IMG/VR virus record: IMGVR_UViG_3300044296_000258
Coordinates: 1-41,430 of that record
Strand: one strand, 5' to 3'
DNA length: 41,430 nucleotides
Source: a virus
Taxonomy: Duplodnaviria > Caudoviricetes
In this document: one piece after another, positions 9,537-16,719 of the stretch
Layout of the letters: each line of letters opens with the position of its first letter
Position numbering within the stretch: the first letter of the stretch is position 1
Program-made: the position numbers and the translations under genes
The notes under the pieces: generated by a model
What the model saw: only the letters and a program-made list of their open reading frames with translations
Told to the model about the DNA's origin: nothing
Databases searched by the model: none

Positions 9537-9869
9537 TTATCTCGTTACGGATGGCATAATAACTGCGATTCCTTCAACAACTCTGGTTTTTACATTAGTT
9601 GGACTTGTTATAAGAATATCATATAACATTCTTCCAGGTGTAAGATTTGCGGTATTTGCTGAATCCATTGATACTGTAATAATACCTTGTAATGGACTTG
9701 TTACTGATGCAGTAAAACTATTTGCTGTTGTGGAATAGTAGGATTTTCGTAATTGTGACGAAACTGTATAGGAAGTCAGGTTTTGTGCTGTTCCGGTTGC
9801 ATCTTTTACAGTAATTGTTGTTGAAAAATCTGCACCTTGTTCAAGTGTAAGTTCTGCGTATCCAGCCAT
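9537..9869 (-). CDS. Conserved virion adaptor protein (BppU-N-like Ig fold)
   Basis: LTLEQGADF...NLTSYTVSSQLRKSY...YDILIT...TRVVEG....PSVTR pattern common before fibre genes of aquatic T4-like phages. Confidence 0.65.
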   Translation of the reverse strand: MAGYAELTLEQGADFSTTITVKDATGTAQNLTSYTVSSQLRKSYYSTTANSFTASVTSPLQGIITVSMDSANTANLTPGRMLYDILITSPTNVKTRVVEGIAVIMPSVTR

Positions 9870-9894
9870 TTAAAGCCCTCTTTTTTTATTACTC

Positions 9895-9901
9895 TATTTA
9901 T
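9895..9901 (-). promoter_or_regulatory. T4-type late promoter (ATAAATA)
   Basis: TATTTAT on + strand, about 25 nt upstream of the start at 9869. Confidence 0.55.
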
Positions 9902-10533
9902 CTAAAATCAGGTCCTACGATCCATGCGACAAGTGATTTTCTTATTCCTTTTGTTATTGGCGTAACTCTATGTGATGTATAACTTGGAAATGCTATTACT
10001 AATCCTTTTGTCTTTGGTGCAACATTAGTTTTTAAACCTTGTATCCATAATTCACCACCCTCATATTCGAAGGGATCACTTAATTGAAGAACAAATGACA
10101 ATTTTCTAGGTACAGATAAAGTTTCTGCATTTTCTCTACCCATTCTATCTATATGCCAATCATAATAAGCTGTTCCATTAATATTTGAATCATATATTGT
10201 ATATTGTAGTGATAAGACACCATTTAATTCAAAACCAAAATAATTATCATTTAATCTTGTAGTAATTTCACATATTTTTTGAAACAACCATATTGTATTT
10301 TCCTGTGGTGGAATCCAAGATATTTGTGAATTTCTTATATTTGTATTTACTTCTGGATTTTCAACACTACCTCCAACTTTTGCTTCATTTATTGAAAATG
10401 ATTTACCCAATTCATGTATTTTTTGTATATCTTCTTCTGAAAATCCATTTTGCCAAATTGCCCATCCTTGTTCTTTTTGTGATAAATCAAAAGGATATGA
10501 ATAATAACCTTGTGCATTAATTAAGTTTTCCAT
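9898..10533 (-). CDS. 2OG-Fe(II) oxygenase (PKHD/prolyl hydroxylase-like)
   Basis: YDWHID (HxD), RKLSFVLQLSDP..YEGGEL, FPSYTSHRVTPITKGIRKSLVAW. Confidence 0.9.
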   Translation of the reverse strand: MENLINAQGYYSYPFDLSQKEQGWAIWQNGFSEEDIQKIHELGKSFSINEAKVGGSVENPEVNTNIRNSQISWIPPQENTIWLFQKICEITTRLNDNYFGFELNGVLSLQYTIYDSNINGTAYYDWHIDRMGRENAETLSVPRKLSFVLQLSDPFEYEGGELWIQGLKTNVAPKTKGLVIAFPSYTSHRVTPITKGIRKSLVAWIVGPDFR

Positions 10534-10556
10534 AATAAAATCTCCAATAATAAATA

Positions 10557-10572
10557 TATTTATATATAAATA
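10557..10572. promoter_or_regulatory. Back-to-back divergent T4 late promoters (palindrome TATTTATATATAAATA)
   Basis: Perfect TATAAATA on each strand between divergent ORFs starting at 10533 (-) and 10599 (+). Confidence 0.7.
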
Positions 10573-10598
10573 ATAGTATTATTTTGATAGGAGTAATT

Positions 10599-10886
10599 AT
10601 GATTACAGGTTATACTATAAAAGATGTAAGTTATCACGGTACAGTTGTTGAATATCATGACGATAGGGGAATAAGCAAATCTTTTAATTTGATACCACCT
10701 ATAAACAAAGATGGAACACCCATTACTGAAAAAGGTTTAAAACGAGAAATAGCGCGTTGTGCACCAAATCTTGATGAAGAATATAATCAATTAATGCAAA
10801 GAAAAGAAACGATTAAATTTGTTCTTAACATTGATGAAAGATATACTATAACACAATCTGAAATAGATAATTGGGATATTTTATAA
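10599..10886 (+). CDS. Hypothetical protein
   Basis: AGGAG RBS before ATG 10599 (preferred over TTG 10584); first gene of the + strand trio. Confidence 0.65.
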   Translation: MITGYTIKDVSYHGTVVEYHDDRGISKSFNLIPPINKDGTPITEKGLKREIARCAPNLDEEYNQLMQRKETIKFVLNIDERYTITQSEIDNWDIL

Positions 10887-10893
10887 TTTTTTT

Positions 10894-12045
10894 ATGATTG
10901 TTGGTGATAATTATGGATATTATGTTTATAAAGATTTAAGAACATATAGGAAATATGATGTAATGTCAATTACTGATGATATTGATTCTGTGAAATGGCA
11001 TTATAATGATGAGTTTTTTTCAAAATTTGATTGGACAAAAGAACCAGAAGAATCTTTAGAAACACTTTATAAAAATAAAGCTGAATCATTACGAAATAAT
11101 TATGATTATATAATTTTAATGTATAGTTCAGGAAGTGATTCTGACAACATATTAAATACATTTATAAATTTTAATATCCCTATTGATGAAGTCTGTAGCT
11201 TAGTAAATCTTGAAGGAAGTGGTAGCAAAGAATCATTCGCTAATAAAGAAATATATCAAATAGCTATTCCTAAAATAATAGATATCAATAAAAAATACAA
11301 TTTAAAAATTAAACATAGAATATTTGATATTACTCAAAAAACAATTGATACATTTTTAGAAGAAAAAGATGATTTATTTGAATGGATTAATAATTATGGA
11401 AGTATTAATTGCTTATCAAAATATAAACTATATGAATATATTATAGAATGGAAAAATATAGGAAAAAAAATCTGTATAATTTGGGGATGTGATAAACCAA
11501 AATTGTCGATAAATGAAAATAGATTTTATTTTTATTTTTCTGATATAATAGATGGAACAATGTGTTTAAAAGAACAAAAAGAAGGATTTAATGAATTTTT
11601 TTATAATGATCTTTTTTACTGGTCACCGACAATAGAATCCGCTAAAATTTTAATAAAACAATCACACATTATAAAACAACATCTTATGTTTGGAAATAAT
11701 AGAGAATATTATTCAAATATCAAAAAATACGATGAAGTATTTGTTACTATGAAAAATCCTTTTGGATGTATTGGTGATAATGATTTTAAAAAAATAATAT
11801 ATCCTTGGCATTATAAAAATAAAGAAATAATTACCAAAACTAAAAATGGAAATTTTTTAAGTGATAGGGATGAATGGTTTTGGAAAAATGTGAATAATGA
11901 ATCTTCCAAAAAATATCTTTTGGCACTTGAGGAATTCACAAAAAAAATTCATCATAAGTGGATTGAGTCAACAATATTTTTAAATAATAAAAAATATCCA
12001 AAGCAAATTAAAAGAAAAAATTCTAAATTTTATGCTTTACAATAG
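10894..12045 (+). CDS. PP-loop (adenine nucleotide alpha-hydrolase-like) protein
   Basis: IILMYSSGSDSDNIL resembles the SGGxDS ATP-pyrophosphatase loop; also WGCDKP. Substrate unknown. Confidence 0.65.
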   Translation: MIVGDNYGYYVYKDLRTYRKYDVMSITDDIDSVKWHYNDEFFSKFDWTKEPEESLETLYKNKAESLRNNYDYIILMYSSGSDSDNILNTFINFNIPIDEVCSLVNLEGSGSKESFANKEIYQIAIPKIIDINKKYNLKIKHRIFDITQKTIDTFLEEKDDLFEWINNYGSINCLSKYKLYEYIIEWKNIGKKICIIWGCDKPKLSINENRFYFYFSDIIDGTMCLKEQKEGFNEFFYNDLFYWSPTIESAKILIKQSHIIKQHLMFGNNREYYSNIKKYDEVFVTMKNPFGCIGDNDFKKIIYPWHYKNKEIITKTKNGNFLSDRDEWFWKNVNNESSKKYLLALEEFTKKIHHKWIESTIFLNNKKYPKQIKRKNSKFYALQ

Positions 12046-12056
12046 AAAGAAAATAT

Positions 12057-12944
12057 ATGTCAGTTAAAAACTTTTTCCCAACATGTTTACCAATAGTATG
12101 TGTTTCTATGAGAGGTATCTCAGATGTAAATTTTGCTTTAGTTGCTGCTCAGTCAAATGTTGTATCAAGTATAGCAACAAATAATTATATTGATGAAAAT
12201 ACTGATACTATTAATATATCCCTTTTAGAAGATGAATTAGTAATTTTTAAAAAATATTTTAATGATAAAAATATAATTATAACAATACAAGAACATAGAC
12301 TTGAGCAAAATGGAATTATTGATTTAATAATAAAATATGCGACACATTGCGAAATATTATCCCGCAACATATCAAATTTAATTCGAAAAAATAATTTTGA
12401 TAGATTAACTTCTGCTGGTATAAAACTAATAGGAAAAGCCGTAAATTTTTCCGACAATTTTGATTTATATGATGGAATTATATTCAAAGGAAAAAATGCT
12501 GCTGGACGTATTGATACAAGTAATAATGATAATTTAGAAGATATTGTTAAAAAATTTGTTGATATGTATCCAAATAAAGCTATTATTCCATGTGGTGGAA
12601 TAGGTAATAAACAACAAATTGAAAATCTTTTAAAATTAGGTGCTACCGCTGTTGGGATAGGAACTTTATTTGCATTTTCCAGTGAAAGTATAATATCAAC
12701 TGAAACCAAAGAAAAAATAATAAATTCAAAAGAAAAAGATATAAGTCTAATTGATAGTAATAATCTTAAACAAAATGCTATAGTTTTTTCTGAATGGAAA
12801 GGTGAAAATGATGGAAATAATACACAATCACTAAAAGCTGGTATTTTAAATTCTTCACATGGTCATATATTTGTCGGTAGTGCTATTAATAATATAAATT
12901 CTATAAAACCATTTCAAACTATAGTAAATGAATTAATCAACTAA
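12057..12944 (+). CDS. Nitronate monooxygenase/FabK-like FMN TIM-barrel protein
   Basis: PIVCVSMRGISD N-terminus and IIPCGGIG...LKLGATAVGIGTLFAFSSES FMN phosphate-binding signature. Confidence 0.8.
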   Translation: MSVKNFFPTCLPIVCVSMRGISDVNFALVAAQSNVVSSIATNNYIDENTDTINISLLEDELVIFKKYFNDKNIIITIQEHRLEQNGIIDLIIKYATHCEILSRNISNLIRKNNFDRLTSAGIKLIGKAVNFSDNFDLYDGIIFKGKNAAGRIDTSNNDNLEDIVKKFVDMYPNKAIIPCGGIGNKQQIENLLKLGATAVGIGTLFAFSSESIISTETKEKIINSKEKDISLIDSNNLKQNAIVFSEWKGENDGNNTQSLKAGILNSSHGHIFVGSAINNINSIKPFQTIVNELIN

Positions 12945-13892
12945 GATATTATATTTTTTTATGATATCTTTATAAAAAATATTTTGAAAATTATACCAAT
13001 CATTTATATTTTTATCACCATATAATAATTCAACTTGTATACCTTCTTTTTCCATAATGTCTATAATGTTTTCGTTTTTAAACATATAAATTATTGTTTT
13101 TTTCCAATAATTTAAATCATCTTCACTTAATGATTTTGGAATATTTACAAAAGTATAACTTTTAGATAATAATGTTTTTCCTAATTGTTCTTTTATAGTA
13201 GGTAAATTTGGAAATTGTTTAATTCTATAATCAGTATTAATACCAATTGGTATTAATATTTTTCCATCAATTAAAGATTGTGCTGTTGTTAAATTTGTTG
13301 ATACTAAATGAACATCATTATTCATGACAGCTAATACACTTTGCGAACCACCAGATTTATAGTGTATAGGTCTTCCTTTAATATTCAAACTACTTAAAAA
13401 TTCTTCAATTGATATGTGAGAAAAAGAACTTGAAACTGAAAATCTAAAATCTACATTTTTCGATTGTAAGTAATTTCTAAACTCACTAATATTATTAGAT
13501 TCTGCTGTTTTATTCACTAAAAAAACGTTAGGTGAATATCCAATAATTAATATATCAAATTTTTTTATAAAATCATAATTATAATTTTGAAATACATTAT
13601 CTGTTACGGAAATACCCATTCCAGTTATGACAACTTGTTTATTTGAAAAAGAAGATTCAAATAATTGATGAGTATTTGAAAACTTATTTGGTGTGTTAAT
13701 AACAATACTATCTGATATATTTGTTGATATTATTCTAGCTACTCTATCACTCCAACCACCAGGCGCATAAGGAACGTTTATAACAAATTTATTTTTTGAA
13801 AAAGCTATACATAAGTTTGAGTAACAAAAAAATGTAAAAATGATTATGTAAAAATAATTTTTTTTATTCAAAGATATCATTAATATTTTCAA
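12933..13892 (-). CDS. Tripartite tricarboxylate transporter substrate-binding protein (TctC/Bug family), divergent
   Basis: Signal-peptide-like N-terminus, VPYAPGGWSDRVARII, HYKSGGSQSVLAVMNNDV, RIKQFPNLPTIKE. Exact start uncertain. Confidence 0.8.
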   Translation of the reverse strand: MKILMISLNKKNYFYIIIFTFFCYSNLCIAFSKNKFVINVPYAPGGWSDRVARIISTNISDSIVINTPNKFSNTHQLFESSFSNKQVVITGMGISVTDNVFQNYNYDFIKKFDILIIGYSPNVFLVNKTAESNNISEFRNYLQSKNVDFRFSVSSSFSHISIEEFLSSLNIKGRPIHYKSGGSQSVLAVMNNDVHLVSTNLTTAQSLIDGKILIPIGINTDYRIKQFPNLPTIKEQLGKTLLSKSYTFVNIPKSLSEDDLNYWKKTIIYMFKNENIIDIMEKEGIQVELLYGDKNINDWYNFQNIFYKDIIKKYNILVD

Positions 13893-14547
13893 TCATTTCA
13901 ACATTAGATATATCTTGATAATTATATCTATCATATAAATCATTATTAGTAGGACCTAAAGGCATAGAATTAATACCCAAAACATATCTATCAATTTGTG
14001 TTTTTTCAAATTCATTAATATTAGTTGAATGTTCAATCCATGACGGAAAAATTATAAGTGTACCTTCTTCAAAATTATTAGTAACCCCAGATTTCATAAT
14101 TCTTTTTCTTTTTTCATTTTCACGTATTTTTCGAGGTTTCATATAATTAATCAAATTTTTATTTGGATTATAAAAAATTGTTCCCGAACTTTTTTCATTA
14201 CCACTTAAATAATAAACACCAATTAAAAAAGTATTGCTGTGTTGATGTCTATGATGACTACCATTATTTTCATGCTTTGTTGCCCATAACGATGTTATTT
14301 GTATTTTTGGATAATATCCTAACGCTATCATAGATTCTTCAAAACATTTTTGAGAAAAAATATTAAAGTCGTTAAATATTTCAAGTCTATGTAAATTTGG
14401 TTTACTGATAAATAAACCATTTTTATTATTTACAGAATATTCACACTCGGGACTTGTTAAGTAATTTAATGCCTTTGTCTTAAAAATATTATGATTTTCA
14501 TATCTAAATTTAAACAAAGGAATAGTAAATAAATTGATTGTTTCCAT
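13864..14547 (-). CDS. Putative 2OG-Fe(II) oxygenase (TIGR02466-like)
   Basis: LFTIPLF start, WAT..ENNGSHHRHQHSNTFLIGVYYL, EGTLIIFPSWIEHS...R. Confidence 0.85.
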   Translation of the reverse strand: METINLFTIPLFKFRYENHNIFKTKALNYLTSPECEYSVNNKNGLFISKPNLHRLEIFNDFNIFSQKCFEESMIALGYYPKIQITSLWATKHENNGSHHRHQHSNTFLIGVYYLSGNEKSSGTIFYNPNKNLINYMKPRKIRENEKRKRIMKSGVTNNFEEGTLIIFPSWIEHSTNINEFEKTQIDRYVLGINSMPLGPTNNDLYDRYNYQDISNVEMIENINDIFE

Positions 14548-14553
14548 ACAAAA

Positions 14554-15021
14554 TTAATTTACAGCACCATTTCTTGTTCCTGTTGCAATCCATGTAACAT
14601 AAGTTGTTGCACCACTAGTTGATGATCCTTGCGATCCAGTTGGACCAGTCGCACCAGGACTTCCAGCAGTTCCGCCCGCTGGACCACCAACACCAGCAGA
14701 ACCTGAACTATTTAAATTTCCTCCATTACCACCAGTATATCCACCAAGAGAACTTCCACCAGGTCCCCCTGTTGTTGAAGTTCCTGGTGAACCCGGATTA
14801 CCATTTGAATTACCAGAACCACCTGATGCACCAGAACCAACTGGCGATCCTGCTCCCCCACCACCGCCACCACCACCATAAAAATATGTAGGTCCACCAA
14901 CACCAACACCAACACCGCCAACAAATAATTTTATTTTTCCAACGCCAGGTATACCAGTTAATGATTTAAAACCTTCTTCATCATAAAAACCAAAATGTGT
15001 AAAATAATTTTTATTGGACAT
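14554..15021 (-). CDS. Glycine-rich gp38-like adhesin, C-terminal half
   Basis: GGGGGGGGAGSPVG...GGNGGNLNSSG...VTWIATGTRNGAVN matches the TW..G...G.V end of T2-type gp38; ATG overlaps the upstream stop (TAATG). Confidence 0.65.
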   Translation of the reverse strand: MSNKNYFTHFGFYDEEGFKSLTGIPGVGKIKLFVGGVGVGVGGPTYFYGGGGGGGGAGSPVGSGASGGSGNSNGNPGSPGTSTTGGPGGSSLGGYTGGNGGNLNSSGSAGVGGPAGGTAGSPGATGPTGSQGSSTSGATTYVTWIATGTRNGAVN

Positions 15022-15530
15022 TAATATCCACCTGGACTTCCACTACCACCTCCACCACCACCAGAACCACCTGGACCACCTGAACCCCCTGGACCACCAC
15101 TCAATGTTCCACTTCCATTATCAACATAAGTTTTTACACCAAAAATTATAGCGGACCCACCAGAATTTCCTGTTCCACCAACAGAACCATTTCCGCCATT
15201 TGTACCAGCTAAACCAGAACCACCTGCGCTACCAGGACCACCAGAACCATTTGAACCAGGACTTCCGGAAGTACCTGATGATCCATTTATTGTTCCTTTA
15301 TTTGTAAAATATACAGCAGAACCACTTGACCAATTTGTTCCTGTATTTGCACCATATCCTAAATTACCCGAATCACCAATAACAACACCCGCATTTATAT
15401 TCCAAAACGCATCAATTGAATCAGTAAATGTTCCTATTTCAGTTTTTAAAACATAGTTGTTAGCATTTGCACTAACAGTTTTAATAACTTTTCTTTTTGT
15501 CTGTAAACCAGATATTGATGAAAAAGGCAT
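15021..15530 (-). CDS. Glycine-rich gp38-like adhesin, N-terminal half
   Basis: INAGVVIG...W......FTNKGTINGSSG...GGSAI......DNGSGTLSGG...GGGGGG follows the gp38 beta-helix/polyglycine pattern; directly follows a fibre gene. Confidence 0.65.
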   Translation of the reverse strand: MPFSSISGLQTKRKVIKTVSANANNYVLKTEIGTFTDSIDAFWNINAGVVIGDSGNLGYGANTGTNWSSGSAVYFTNKGTINGSSGTSGSPGSNGSGGPGSAGGSGLAGTNGGNGSVGGTGNSGGSAIIFGVKTYVDNGSGTLSGGPGGSGGPGGSGGGGGGSGSPGGY

Positions 15531-15531
15531 A

Positions 15532-16500
15532 TTAGAAATTTAGTCCTGAAACATATCCAAAATATGTCGTACCACCATCATTGGTTGTAAATGAGTATAT
15601 ATCTGTTTTATTTGCTGTTGTAGTTTGTGTCGGTGCTTGTCCATACTGCCACTTAACTGCTGCTGGCCAAGTTATTGTATTGCTACCATTATATGTATTT
15701 GCATATAATTTAAATGTTACCTCTGTTCCTGATGAAGGAGGGTTAACAAACGACAATGTTGTATTTGCTGCCATTACAAGTTTATAAACACTATTTGTAG
15801 ATAAATCTAATGATGTTGTTGCACCAACAGTAATAGTATTAAGTGTTTCATTTATTTTTCCACTAATAGTTATACCAGTTAATGTTCCAGTTGATGTGAT
15901 TCCTGTATAAGCACCAGTTAATCTACCTGACGGTAAAGTTCCTGTTGTGATATTTGATGCGTTTGAACTATCTGTTGGTATTGATATTGAAACATTAGTT
16001 ATAGAAGAAACTCTACCATTTGCAGCAAGAGTAATTTGTGGTATAGCAACAGCATTACCATATACACCCGCGGTTGTTGAAATTGATGTTGCGTCAGTAT
16101 TGGCTTTATCAAATGCTGCTTGTGCCAATACATTTGCTGAATTGGCTTCATCAAATGCTGCTGCAATTGATGTTGTTTGTGTTGCATTTGCTGCATTTGC
16201 CGTATATTGTTTTGTACCATCAGAAAACTGAACATATTGTGTTGTAACATTTGTTGCATTTAAGTTACTTGTTGTATTAACTGCGGTAATAGTATTTGAA
16301 CTTAATACATTAATTGTTGCAGATGTTGTAACATTCAATACTGACCCAGTTCCACCAATCTCTAACTTTGTATTTGCATAAAAAGTGCTTCCATTACCAT
16401 CCGTTAAAAGATTAGCAGTTGCAATTAATGATTCAGTTGCATTTAACCAATGTTGAAAAGTATTTGCTGTTGATAATTGATTGATTGCATTTGCAGACAT
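15532..16500 (-). CDS. Tail fibre protein (baseplate-proximal)
   Basis: INQLSTANTFQHW N-terminus typical of the fibre after the DUF4815 gene; AAFDKAN and NASNITTGTLP fibre motifs. Confidence 0.75.
   Translation of the reverse strand: MSANAINQLSTANTFQHWLNATESLIATANLLTDGNGSTFYANTKLEIGGTGSVLNVTTSATINVLSSNTITAVNTTSNLNATNVTTQYVQFSDGTKQYTANAANATQTTSIAAAFDEANSANVLAQAAFDKANTDATSISTTAGVYGNAVAIPQITLAANGRVSSITNVSISIPTDSSNASNITTGTLPSGRLTGAYTGITSTGTLTGITISGKINETLNTITVGATTSLDLSTNSVYKLVMAANTTLSFVNPPSSGTEVTFKLYANTYNGSNTITWPAAVKWQYGQAPTQTTTANKTDIYSFTTNDGGTTYFGYVSGLNF
15533..15810. repeat. Dispersed repeat copy 2 (fibre C-terminal domain)
   Basis: Highly similar to 6028..6305; both encode DLSTNSVYKLVMAANTTL...WPAAVKWQYGQAPTQTTTANKTDIY...YFGYVSGLNF. 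Confidence 0.85.
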
Positions 16501-16718
16501 TATACTTTCCTCATATCAAGTAACATTTGTTTTATTTCTGAAATATCGTTTTCCAATTTCTCTACTCTTTTCTCTGTTGCTTCTTTTTGTGCTTTTTCTT
16601 TCAAAGCAATTTCTCTTTCCATTAGATATTTATCACGACCTCTTACATCAGTATTTAAAATTGCTTTTGAATGTAAATCCCGATAATAAGGTGTTTGAGG
16701 TATATCTACTTTGTTCAT
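16500..16718 (-). CDS. Conserved small coiled-coil protein of T4-like phages
   Basis: MNKVDIP..YYRDLHSKAILNTD...LENDISEIKQMLL; ATG 16718 follows the upstream stop at 16720. Confidence 0.75.
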   Translation of the reverse strand: MNKVDIPQTPYYRDLHSKAILNTDVRGRDKYLMEREIALKEKAQKEATEKRVEKLENDISEIKQMLLDMRKV

Positions 16719-16719
16719 A

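Noticed and set aside
10584-12944. Invertible segment explaining the + strand trio
   Set aside because: No flanking inverted repeats or recombinase seen; it has its own late promoter motif.
14878-15021. Lasso peptide precursor (FVGGVGVGVGGPTYFYG loosely recalls microcin J25 FVGIGTPISFYG; PP-loop enzyme nearby)
   Set aside because: No Asp/Glu at core position 7-9 after the candidate Thr, no B-protein protease or RRE visible, and low-complexity similarity may be chance. Only the general tailoring idea is kept.
6028-15810. Diversity-generating retroelement TR/VR pair from the duplicated fibre ends
   Set aside because: Both copies are coding, differences are mostly synonymous and not adenine-specific, and no reverse transcriptase is in the window.
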